Source of the DNA: Octopus bimaculoides
Taxonomy: Eukaryota
Direction: 5' to 3'
Assembly (NCBI RefSeq): GCF_001194135.2
Contig: NC_068988.1
Location: forward strand, 22,337,815 to 22,372,338
Length of the DNA: 34,524 bases
The notes under the pieces were generated by a model. That model made no database searches and was not told the origin of the DNA. It saw only the letters and a program-made list of their open reading frames with translations. This document shows positions 22,513 through 34,420 of the stretch, piece after piece. The translations under genes and the position numbers were made by a program. Numbering within the stretch: the stretch's first letter is position 1; the number at the start of each line of letters is the position of its first letter.

Positions 22513-24366
22513 CACACACACACACACATATGCATGCATGCATATATATATTTATGTGAGTTTGTATTCGTTTCCATGCTATTTCAAGTTTTTACATATG
22601 TGAGATTATGTGTTCCCGCGTTTGTGTGTGCCATATGTTTCTTTTGGACCCTTAATATATAACAATGAAAAATACTGTCAATTAGATCCCTTTCAACAAA
22701 ATTCCCATTTTGAAAATTTACACACAAGGATATTTATATAATACATTTTGCAGCTACATGCTGAAATTTTTAAATTTCTAAATTGCCTTTATCTGTACCT
22801 GAGTATAAAATTATCATGGATCGCACATATGCAAACATAAGCGGTAAATTTTCACCATACTAATTACTTCATATAGTTTCACTACCTCAGTGTACCCAGG
22901 TATTCAGATACGATCAGAATTGGACCAGCCCGGACGTTAATAACTTTGTTTCTTGTATAATTTTGCTTGAAAAAAACGGACATAATGTATTTAAAAAGAG
23001 TAACATGATATTCGGGCCATAATTTTTGTAAAAATAAAGAATGAAGAAATAATATAATTTATAAAAAAAAAATTATGGACCAGTGCAGTTTTTAGTAATA
23101 TTAATCTAAACATACATCTTACACGCAGATGGGAGACAAACTGGGATAGAATCAGGAATGAATGGAAAGCAACAAAGAATATGATAAATCCCTAGACAGA
23201 TTTATTACTACAAAATGAAAAAAAAAAAGGGGGAAGAAAAACAAACAATCAAACAAAAATCAAAATCAAATGAACTAGTCTTTCTTAGTAATCTGCGGCA
23301 GTTCTATACCAACGAAAATAAACTTGACAAAGGCAAAAAATAGTTAACGAAGTTTTGTAATAGAGAGAAAAATAGTGTCCCCAACGTCAGAATTAATTTG
23401 TTCTTATGACACACAAACTTGCTCTATTCTGTGATATTTATCTCTGTATCTGAACCATCTACATGTAAAGGCGACATAGAGTGTAGATCGGAAATCACAA
23501 CCGACAACCGAGAATGACAGTGAAGTTTTTATCAACAGATGCATGATATTTAAGGTGAGAGCGGTGTTCATAACGCAGTCACCTATCTTTCTTGGGTTCA
23601 AATATTTGTGTAATTTTTTAAAAACAATAACTGAAATACTGACAGAAAACTATTATGTAGAGACAGTTGATAGGTAAAAATATAATAATGATAATTGGAG
23701 AATGGAACCAAAGAAAAACAAAACAAAAAAAAACACATGAGCAACCAGAATTGAAGAAAGTTAGGAATAGAATGGAAACTTATAAATATCTCAACGATTT
23801 GCTTCTCATAAAATAGAAAACTGGTTCATCAAACTTAGGAGAGACTTCGGAAACTTAACAGAAAGTATATATATAAAATTGTGCATAATTTTGAAGTATT
23901 TAAACATTATCGTTAAAGGAATTACATAAAATTGTATTTTCCTTTCTTATTAACGGAATCAGATACTGAAGACTAAAATCAAACCTATCACTGCAATTCT
24001 AAAGACGTATTAGATGACATATTTTACAGGCTTACATTTTGCACAATTAACTGAAGTCCACTGTTTGTCGATAATAAATTTAAATGTATACGAATAAATT
24101 CGTACATGCATAGAATAGAATAGGTCCCGTCTAACCTTTTCAAAACTGCAGAATAAAGTTAATAATTTCCAAGAACGTAGAATAGTTTTAATATTTCCAA
24201 ATTCTATAGCACCAACAAAATAAGGTCCAGGAACATAACCGCAAGACGTATCTACCATATTCTTTTGAAAACATGCCTGACCGTCTTAAGATGGATTATT
24301 AGACATTGTGTTTCCAGTCATATTTTGTTTTTGTCTGGGATAATACCGATTCGATAGGGTCCCATT

Positions 24367-24369
<3 letters not shown>

Positions 24370-24429
<60 letters not shown>

Positions 24430-24448
24430 TGAGAGAGAAAAAGAGAGA
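24370..24448. repeat. (GA)n microsatellite
   Basis: Direct inspection. Confidence 0.96.
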
Positions 24449-24699
24449 TGCAGCCAGTGTCTTCGATAGTGCACGTAGAATGCGAAATATGCGTATGTAG
24501 GGCTGATCTACTCGGTATTGATAAGCATGTTACAAACGTATAATATTTGATGTGACGGCAGTAATACTCTAGTCCGTATGTCAGTTCCCCTCTCGCTAGA
24601 GCCTACTGGAATCTGAGCATTTCTGTACCATGCTGGTACATCGCATGTTAGAATAGATAGACAGTCAATTAAATAATCTGCCCTTCTTGAATTTCACAG

Positions 24700-24832
24700 C
24701 TACTCTATTCCTTCGACTGCGGTACGACGAAAGATAAAAAGCGAAGATGATTTTACGATAATCGTAAAGATCAGAAACGAACAATGTAAATCATTGTAAC
24801 CGACACTAACGATTCTATCATTTCACCGCCCT
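24700..24832 (-). mobile_element. Very diverged SINE-A remnant
   Basis: GAAAGATAAAAAGCGAAGATG...CCGACACTAACGATTCTATCATTTCACCGCC resembles the reverse-complement head. Confidence 0.5.
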
Positions 24833-25400
24833 TTGGAGCACAGGTTTATAGCGACTTAGATCTAATGATAAGCTCATAGCGGCTTAAAATTTTGAAATCT
24901 TATTTCACATCATTCCACAATATACTGCGTCGTGTTTTTTTAATTACTAACCTCAAACCTTCGCCTCACCTGATCTTATTTCAATGCTATTTTATTTTCT
25001 TTCATTTCAGGCTATCATTGTTTCACTTCTTCTCTTTTATAAATATGTATGTACATATACGTATGGAGAGATATATATGCTATCTCTATGTAGCAAGACA
25101 TTGATACTACAAAGGTAGTCAAATACATTCCAATTGTCGTGTTGTAAACAATTTAAATTTCGGTCCCTTTCTGTTTGTTTTACTTTTGAGTTTAATTTAT
25201 TCCTTGTTTGATCTTATGTTCGGTGCTTCATTTTCTTTTTATGCATTTTATTGTTTCCCTTTTCTATGTGTCTTTTTTGTTTCCTTTCATTTTTGCCCTC
25301 TGTTAGGGCCTAGCTTTTGTCAGTCTCTGTTATTTTTCTTTATCATTCACCCCTGTTTTATGATTTTATGTTAATTTTATGCTTCTTACCCTTCCGTTTT

Positions 25401-25500
25401 CTTCTTCTTCTTCTTCTTCTTCTTCTTCTTCTTCTTCTTCTTCTTCTTCTTCTTCTTCTTCTTCTTCTTCTTCTTCTTCTTCTTCTTCTTCTTCTTCTTC
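25401..25500. repeat. Perfect (CTT)33 / (GAA)33 trinucleotide tract
   Basis: 100 bp of uninterrupted repeat. Confidence 0.98.
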
Positions 25501-26489
25501 AAACTCCTCCCACTCTTCCTCCTTTTTGTTCCTTCTTTTAATTTTTCTTTTCTGATATTCTTGCCATTAGTTTTCTTGTCTATTTAACCATATATCTATT
25601 TATCTATCTACTCGTTTCCTTGAATTCCTTGCTTCCTCTACCGCTTATGTAGTTTACTCTTCCCTTCTATTTACATATTAATCTCTTCTTTTTATCCCCC
25701 AACCTCTATTTCATTTTATGTTTTCTGTATCCCATATTCTCACTTTTGTATCTGCTTTAAGGTAGATATTCAATGACCATGCCTGCAAATGCTATTTGTT
25801 TAGCAAACTTTTACTTGTATTTTGAAACGTTGACTGAAGAGAATCATATTATATAAAGGTTGTCTTACATAACTACTAGAAACATGTGTATTCAACGTAT
25901 TCAAAATAAAGACATCTGCTATTGTGTTTTATTCCCATACACACACGCGCACACACACACACGCATATATATATACATATACATACATATATATATATAT
26001 TTATATATANNNNNNNNNNATCTTTGCTGTATAAGTACTTTGTATTCAAGTCAATGTAAATATATTGACTATATAGTTGACATGTCTCGCTAAATTCCAG
26101 ACCAACAAGCAATCTAGACAGATTAGAAAAATAGAAATTTACATTTATTTTCACAAACAGGATGAAAGAAAATACTGTTCTCCAAACAAATACTCCTAAA
26201 AATACGGAATCAGTTAAAAAGAAATATTTAAATTTTGCTTAGTAGATCGCATTTTAAGAAGACACTAAAAACTACCGCATTGAAACAACTATACATTGTA
26301 TGTTAAACGACGCAATACTGAAGAAAGGAATGTACACCAAAACAGTAATATGTACGCATCCCTCTAGCAATGGTGGTATAGTTATAATTACATCTAAACA
26401 CAAGTGAACCAATGATACTTGGATAACATACAACGACATATGAAAACAACGCTAACTCTCTATTTTTCTCTTTCCATCACACACACATG

Positions 26490-26491
<2 letters not shown>

Positions 26492-26563
<72 letters not shown>
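26492..26563. repeat. (CA)36 microsatellite
   Basis: Direct inspection. Confidence 0.97.
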
Positions 26564-26564
<1 letters not shown>

Positions 26565-27571
26565 CACATAGATATTTCTCTCTGTGTGTATGTCTGGCTG
26601 TGTTTAAATTACTTTTTGTAATTTCATTTCGCATATATGTATATATTTTTTATCCGGTGTATAAATTTTCGATAGACTTCTTTTTTGTATTTTCATTTAC
26701 GTTTACAAAATATTTTCCTTCTGCTATTTTTCTTTCCATTTTAATTCATAAATTTGTTATTTTTCTTTTGATTGCATTAAATTCAATGGACTTTATATTT
26801 TATATGCAATTCTAATTTCCTTGTCTTACATTCATATTCTTCCATTTTTGCCTTTTATTTATTTCTTCTTTTCAAAGAAGCAATAATCTGAAAGACAGTT
26901 TATCCTAAATGCATTGCTTTTTCTTTTGTCTAAGTTTGTTGCTGCTTGTATTTATTCGTTAATATCATATACTTAGCATTCGAATATAGGAAATATCCAT
27001 CTACCCATTTAGCTATTCTGACTTATTCATTCTACCTCCAATTCGTTATATTTCTCTACTTATAGCCTTTTCCTTTTTCTCCGCCTTCTTTACTGCTATT
27101 CTCTGTCAGAGATTTCTGTGGACACACATTTACACGCATAGATTAGCATACATATATGGACATGCATATGCATAGGAACACCCGACCCCCGCAGGCGCGT
27201 GTGTGTGAAGTTGAGGCAGAGAATTTTTTGAAAATCGAGTCTGCAGTGTATACCACGGTGTGATACAAGAAATATTCGACAGTTATGTTATGAATAGTTC
27301 TAGCATGTTTGCCCAAAATCCGATCCAAAGCCATTCCATAGTATACAGTTGCCTCAGCACAAGTTGGGAGAGAAGAAAACCATTCAAACATTTGACGACA
27401 TCGAGATGCAAATGCCCGGTTTCTGGGTAATACATACACGTATATATATGTACATGTATGTGTGTATGCACGTATTCTTGCATGTGTGGAAGTGTTTGTG
27501 CGCATACACACATGTTTATTACGTGCACAGGCGGCGGCCCAACACATGTCTAAAGCCAGCTGATTTACCTA

Positions 27572-27797
27572 TACTCTTTACTCACTTTTACTCTTTTTCT
27601 TGTTTCAGTCATTTGACTGTGGCTATGCTGGAGCACCACCTTTTTTAGTCGAGCAAATCGACCCCAGGACTTATTCTTTGTAAGCTCAGTACTTATTCTA
27701 TCGGTCTCTTTTGCCGAACTGTTAGGTTACGGGGACGTAAACACACCAGCATCGGTTGTCAAGCGATGTTGGGGGACAAACACATACACACGCGTAC

Positions 27798-27836
<39 letters not shown>

Positions 27837-28002
27837 TACAACGGGATTCTTTCAGTTTCCGTCTACGAAATCCACTCACAAGGCATTGGTCGGCCCGAGA
27901 GTATAGTAGAAGACACCTGCCCAAGATGCCACGCAGTGGGACTGAACCCGGAACCATGTGGTTGGAAAGCAAGCTACTTACCACACAGCCACTCCTACGC
28001 CT
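27572..28002 (-). mobile_element. SINE-C, full length, best-preserved copy
   Basis: Minus strand: GGCGTAGGAGTGGCTGTGTGGTAAGTAGC head, B-box GGGTTCAGTCCC, CATCTTGGGCAGGTGTCTTCTACTAT, GACGGAAACTGAAAGAATCCCGT, (TA)n, GTCGATTTGCTCGAC, (AAAAGAGT)n-like tail. Confidence 0.94.
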
Positions 28003-28862
28003 ATGTGCAGGCTCATACCTTTTAACATTCTAGTACATAGCTCCTCCCTATTCACTCATACATTCATACACATACATATATATATATGTTCGAACCACTT
28101 CGCGGACGCATACACCCAGATGCATTCACTCACATACACATTGTTTAACACTGCGGTACTCTCGTTTTAGTGGCAATTTCTAATCATACATTTCTCCCCT
28201 TTAAATTGATAAATCTGCATAAGTGCTACAGACTCATTAGCTTCCAAATAAACACACACGATTTTTGTCTTATTACTTCCCTTCCCTTTCTATTCACACT
28301 TCTTTAAGACTTATGTCAACGTAAGACTTAAATCAACGTAATTAACCGTCATTTCACTACTGTACCACATTCATCACATATAGCTTCTCACTTGTGCAGA
28401 ATAGTTTTTTTTTATTCTCAGTAGTATTTAGTAGCTCCTTTATCACAGTTATCTTTCTCATTTGTGGGTTTTATTAGTTTCTTACACTCTTCTTGAAATT
28501 AAATTAAATCATGTCGAACTGAAGCCATTTTGTCGTAATAATTTCCACATTTGCTCCACTGTTTTTGAGATTTTCTACGCTGAAAGCGTTGAATAATTTT
28601 TCCGTCTTTCAAGTGTTAATATAAACATTCACTCGAAGTTAAAAAGTTCCAACATTCGTTCGTTATTTCCTGATACACTTTGTTAAGACATTCTATGTTG
28701 CACTTGCCGATGCTTTTGCTTCACGGATATGCTTATTCCCTCAAATTCCCAGCTGTGCCTGCCTCTTCACTGCTGTGCTTACCTGTTCATATACAACCTT
28801 CCATGCAACACACATAGCGATTATACATGCACACCGACACCCACCATACACTATACAAACCG

Positions 28863-28897
<35 letters not shown>

Positions 28898-29727
28898 TAT
28901 ATATCCACTATATTCGCACGCAAACAGTATTTCCCATTTTATTCGCTTCCAAAAATGGCTGCATCCGCACACCCACCCGTCCTCCCTGTTTAGCACCTCT
29001 ATAGAACAGCATTTTTACATATTTCCTTACATCTGTTTTTTCTCATTGGCTATTTTTTTCACTCCTTCTATAAGTTTCCTGATGAAGGACTAACATTTGA
29101 AACGTTACGGTTTTAAAGTGACAAATGAAAACTCTACTTGTTAAACATTGATGTATAGATATACATATACCATATCCTGATACTCTGTGAACTAGAATAT
29201 ACCTCGACAAGTCACATGCACATTTGTAGTTTCTAGTTCTCTGGTGTTATTGGATTTGTCGTGTATATGAACGGTTTGATCACTTGGTATTCTTGTATTG
29301 GTCAAGTGACACTTGTGAGAAAACGCGAACAAGGGTAACAAATCCAGCATTGTTTTTGATATATGAAGAAATAGTTAAATTCACAGAATTTGTACACCTA
29401 AGACATACGTTTAAACCCCATTACACATCCATCCATCCATCCATCCACCCGTCCGTCCGTCCGTCCGTCCGTCCATCTATCTATCCAACCATCCGTATAT
29501 ATATATATATATATATGTGCGTGAGTGAGTGATAATATGTATGAGTGCGTAAAAACAGAAGACATGCACTTAATACATCAGCTTATATCTATTTTCAACA
29601 AAACGTTTTTGGTTATTCAATACCCTCACGCACAAAGATTTTACGCCTTGCGTATGGTATATGATACTCTCTTATTTGTCTATGTATCCTTCCTCTTTCC
29701 TCTCTTCTTTCTACATCATCTCCTCCT

Positions 29728-29811
29728 CCCTGGGCAAGTGTCTTCTACTATAGCCTTGGGCCGGCCAAAGCCTTGTGAGTGATTTGGAAACTGAAAGAAG
29801 CCCGTCGTATA

Positions 29812-29850
<39 letters not shown>

Positions 29851-30032
29851 ATCTGTGTGTGTATGTATGTGTGTGTGTTTGTTTGTTTGCCTGTGTTTGT
29901 CCCCCTACCATCGTACGACAACTGACGGCAGTGTATCTATGTCCCCGTAACCTAGCGGTTCGCCAAAAGACACCGACAGAATAGGTACTAGGCTTACAAA
30001 GAATAGGTCTTGGGGTCGATTTGTTCGACTAG
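29728..30032 (+). mobile_element. SINE-C, both ends truncated
   Basis: CCTGGGCAAGTGTCTTCTACTATAGCC through GGGGTCGATTTGTTCGACTA with internal (TA)/(TG). Confidence 0.92.
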
Positions 30033-30034
30033 AT

Positions 30035-30078
<44 letters not shown>

Positions 30079-30293
30079 CATATATATATATGAATATATA
30101 CGTACATACGTTCACATACACACGTGCATCTGTTTCTTTCTTGATATCAGTGTATATCTGTGTTTCTTCGATTACGTGCGTTTGCACATGTGTATTGGTG
30201 AATGAGATTTTATCGGATACTAAACAATATGGCAAAAGAAAATACGCATAAGCAAAAAGACGAGCAGTGAGAGACAGATATGCATAAGTACAG

Positions 30294-30326
<33 letters not shown>

Positions 30327-31075
30327 NNNNNNNNNNNNNNNNNNNNNNNNNNNNNNNNNNNNNNNNNNNNNNNNNNNNNNNNNNNNNNNNNNNNNNNNNN
30401 NNNNNNNNNNNNNNNNNNNNNNNNNNNNNNNNNNNNNNNNNNNNNNNNNNNNNNNNNNNNNNNNNNNNNNNNNNNNNNNNNNNNNNNNNNNNNNNNNNNN
30501 NNNNNNNNNNNNNNNNNNNNNNNNNNNNNNNNNNNNNNNNNNNNNNNNNNNNNNNNNNNNNNNNNNNNNNNNNNNNNNNNNNNNNNNNNNNNNNNNNNNN
30601 NNNNNNNNNNNNNNNNNNNNNNNNNNNNNNNNNNNNNNNNNNNNNNNNNNNNNNNNNNNNNNNNNNNNNNNNNNNNNNNNNNNNNNNNNNNNNNNNNNNN
30701 NNNNNNNNNNNNNNNNNNNNNNNNNNNNNNNNNNNNNNNNNNNNNNNNNNNNNNNNNNNNNNNNNNNNNNNNNNNNNNNNNNNNNNNNNNNNNNNNNNNN
30801 NNNNNNNNNNNNNNNNNNNNNNNNNNNNNNNNNNNNNNNNNNNNNNNNNNNNNNNNNNNNNNNNNNNNNNNNNNNNNNNNNNNNNNNNNNNNNNNNNNNN
30901 NNNNNNNNNNNNNNNNNNNNNNNNNNNNNNNNNNNNNNNNNNNNNNNNNNNNNNNNNNNNNNNNNNNNNNNNNNNNNNNNNNNNNNNNNNNNNNNNNNNN
31001 NNNNNNNNNNNNNNNNNNNNNNNNNNNNNNNNNNNNNNNNNNNNNNNNNNNNNNNNNNNNNNNNNNNNNNNNNNN
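30327..31075. other. Assembly gap (749 N)
   Basis: N-run; small gaps also at 12644-12653 and 26010-26019. Confidence 1.
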
Positions 31076-31235
31076 CATACGTGCATACAGCTAAACATAC
31101 GTCTGTTCTATATAACTAACTGTATATATATATATATATATACACTCACAAACAAATTCATATATATTTGTACGCACACGTATATACATACACTATATAT
31201 ATATTTTATTCTTTTTCTCTATCTACTCAACGTGA

Positions 31236-31279
<44 letters not shown>

Positions 31280-32029
31280 ATTTGACGAAGCGAAAGTGAG
31301 AAAGAGTGAGCGAGAATGTATGTGCAAAGCCTGATAAATAGAGAGATTGAAAGAATGACGTAGGAGCCAGATAAGAACAAGCAGGAGAAAATTATCACAG
31401 ACACTAATAATTTTGAAATTCCTTTACGAAATGAATTTAATAAATCTGAAACATTAATCCATTATAATGTTTTTTGGGACTGTTTTTTTCTTTCTTCGGA
31501 AATTTCTCTAAATTTCCAGAGATAACTGCAATCAACTTAAAATTCAATTAAACAGTGGAGTTAAGACGAAAAACAGCCACAAATGAGACAAGCGTCTCAA
31601 TCTTGCTGTAGTTTCTATAATCGATTATTGCATGTTAGAGCCAAGCCCGCAATCTATAATTTATCAATCACTCTTCATTACAGTTCTGTAACCAAATACA
31701 AATGGAGTAAGTTGCACTTTCGTAATGTTGCTTTATAAATGACTATCTACAAGCATTTCTTTTGTGGGTGGGTGAGTGTGATAGGAATATTTCATTTAAA
31801 TACCTGTTTCGTATGATATGCTTTCTAATAGCGTTAGTTATATCTCCTAACTGCAGCCATAACAGAGCATAAGTTATGTATATTCTCTTCCATCTTAAAT
31901 TCTAGATTGTTTTTCTTTACTTACGCGTTTTCTTTTCCCATTTGTTTTATTTCTCTACCCATTTCCTTTTTCTTGTATTATTATTAACCCTTGTCAATGT
32001 TTAATATCTCAAAAACCAGGAAGAAAGGA

Positions 32030-32125
32030 GCCGCTATGTAGTCATTCGATCTGCTAGAAACAGCGGCTAAATCGGCAAATTTAACCGTATTTTCTTCTTT
32101 TTAGGAAATAAACAACATTTTATAC
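32030..32125. repeat. Dispersed repeat fragment homologous (inverted) to ~22120-22236
   Basis: CTATGTAGTCATTCGATCTGCTAGAAACAGCGGCTAAATC. Confidence 0.65.
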
Positions 32126-32136
32126 AGCGTGATTTT

Positions 32137-32297
32137 GGTTTCAAATTTTGGCACAAGCCCAGCAAGTTCGGGGGAGGAGTCGATTACATCGACCCCAGTA
32201 CCCATCTGGTACTTATTTTATTGACATCCGAAGTGATGAAAGGTAAAGTCGACCTCGGCGGAATTTGAACTCAAGACGAAATGCCGCTAAGCATTTT
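32137..32297 (-). mobile_element. SINE-A, type-3 tail, head deleted/truncated
   Basis: GGTTTCAAATTTTGGCACAAGCCCAGC, GTCGATTACATCGACCCCAG, GTCGACCTCGGCGGAATTTGAACTC. Confidence 0.9.
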
Positions 32298-33479
32298 CTA
32301 ATCGAACCAACAATCTCCTGGTCGTATTGCGAACTCTCTACCTTATATGGATTATCCTTCATGCATCCTTCGAAGTCATTAGGCTAATGAGATTATATGA
32401 GTTTCGGTATAGCAGCAGAGTGAATTCCTAGTTGTTCTTGCGTTTTAGTCCAACTTTGACCAAATCATGTAAACCTAAGATCGAAAACACTACAGGCGTA
32501 TACATTCCACCTTTTGTGTAGAGAAAGTGGATCTAGAACAATATCATTCGAATTGTGTTCTAAGATGACGATTTTACAGCTTGTTCATTTTTAGCCAGTA
32601 CACTTTGCACAAACTCTGCATAAATTTAAATATTCCCAGTATCTCGTATACTATCGGTCAATATGAGACATCTGTAATTCACGATGCTACAGTTCACGTC
32701 TATATATAAATAACAAAAAGTGTGTGGTGTTTTTGTGTTATGGACGCACTTCAAATCTGGATGAGGATTCACGTTTTTGAAATTTGTCTAAATCTCCTTC
32801 AAGATGTTGCATTTCTTTGATAGAAATAGCGACAAAGCGTGCAAAGTAGGGACGTCCATCTCTCTGTAACAATGTCACGCCTAAGCTGTATGCAATAATT
32901 GTCGCGTCTTTGATCTTTAATATGAAGAGCCTTTTAAACAAAATAAGAACATTTCAAAACTCTCAGCCACATCTATTGAAATAGCTAGAATTCATAGGAG
33001 AATTTCAAGTTTAACAAAAAGAAAAAAAATACTAAGACGTATAAAGCCTTTGATTTCACTCTTTGTCTTCGAGGTGCAATTCTACTGATTTTAATATTGA
33101 AACATTTTGAGAGCTCTCATATTTTTAGATTATCGACAGTCTTGTAGTGAAATATTTCAAGAGGAGATCAAATTGATCAGGCTTTACCGCTTATGACTAC
33201 TCGCTATCAAAATGCGTTTGCATTACTAAATTCCTGTTTGGCTTTTTCTGTTTATTTAACATGTCCGACTGTGATGTTTGAAACAAGCATCACAGTAAGG
33301 AGTTCTTTTGTGAATAATAGAAATTCCACTAAACCAAAAACTACATAGTCGATTCTGTTTCAGAATGAGATAATGAAGAGATATTTATTTTCCTAATGCC
33401 TTTTTAAACTACTTAAGCTTGACATTCCTTGGTTTGTCGTTTAGCAAAAGAGTCTGTGCGTCTGTAAAGCATATAAAAC

Positions 33480-33695
33480 CGTAGGTGTGTATAAATACAC
33501 ACATACGCGCGCACACACACAAACACATACACACAAATACATACACATACACACACATACACATACATCCAAATAAGTGCGCGTATGAATGTTAATTCAT
33601 TGAGAACTAATTAAAAAAATCAATAAGTGTAGTGTATTCTTTAAGATATTTGCATGTATGTACATGCGTGAATATATATATACATTTATACATAT

Positions 33696-33760
<65 letters not shown>

Positions 33761-33835
33761 TGTGTGCGTGTGTGTGTGTGTGTGTGCGTGCATATAGGTA
33801 CACACGCGCACGCACATATATATATGTATATATAC
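33480..33835. repeat. (CA)/(GA)/(TG)/(TA) compound microsatellite block, (GA)n at 33701-33756
   Basis: Direct inspection. Confidence 0.9.
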
Positions 33836-34028
33836 AAATATATGCATTTACGTATGCACGCATATTTTGAAATATATTAACTGATGAAGGTCGTATATAA
33901 CAAATGCGTTTCCTATTCAATATTTCGCAGACCTTAGAGGTACGTATTAAAATATTTGAAAATATATACACAGAACGCATCTTCAAAGTGGAGGCAAGCT
34001 CGAGTGCCCAGTTGAATGATCGAAAACA

Positions 34029-34105
34029 TGGTCAGAAGTTTGCTTCCCAACCACACGGTCCGGGTTCAGTCCGACTGCATGACACATCGGTCTTTCTTAT
34101 TGCGG
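34029..34105 (+). mobile_element. SINE-C head fragment
   Basis: GGTCAGAAGTTTGCTTCCCAACCACACGGTCCGGGTTCAGTCC matches 20438-20482. Confidence 0.75.
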
Positions 34106-34129
34106 ACACATGCTTGTAATAGATATATT

Positions 34130-34329
34130 CTTTTCTACTATAGGCACAAGACCTGAAAGTACAAGTGGATTGTATCGACCCTAGTACTCAACTGGTACTT
34201 AATTTATCGGCACCGAAAGGATGAAAGCCAAAGTCGATCTCGGTGGAATTTGAACTCAGAACGTAGTGGCAGACGAAATACTGCTAAGCATTTCACCCGG
34301 CATGCTAACGATTCTGCCAGCTCGCCACC
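34130..34329 (-). mobile_element. SINE-A full length, type-1 tail, degenerate 16-bp target-site duplication
   Basis: Flanked by TTGTAATAGATATATT (34114-34129) and TTGTAACAGATACATT (34330-34345), two T/C transitions. Confidence 0.94.
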
Positions 34330-34420
34330 TTGTAACAGATACATTGCTAGAACTTCACATATGATACATTATATTACTATCTCGTACAAGCGAAAATTCT
34401 TATAGGGAATACCTCCTCTT

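Noticed and set aside
24010-24258. 82-aa minus-strand ORF
   Set aside because: No recognisable homology and weak splice signals.
11903-29312. Several 6-8 bp inverted repeats (near 11905, 3400, 24625, 24750, 26065, 29280)
   Set aside because: Expected by chance in AT-rich sequence of this length.
7340-31119. Long ORFs of 160-349 aa at 7340-7949 and 30029-31119
   Set aside because: Made of N-runs (X) and microsatellites.
32738-32941. 67-aa minus-strand ORF with a plausible acceptor
   Set aside because: Two frames are similarly open, no motif is recognised, and the length is within chance expectation.
1328-34329. SINE-A orientation bias (about 12 minus versus 5-7 plus) as a hint of a plus-strand host gene
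   Set aside because: Too few, non-independent copies; not distinguishable from 50:50.
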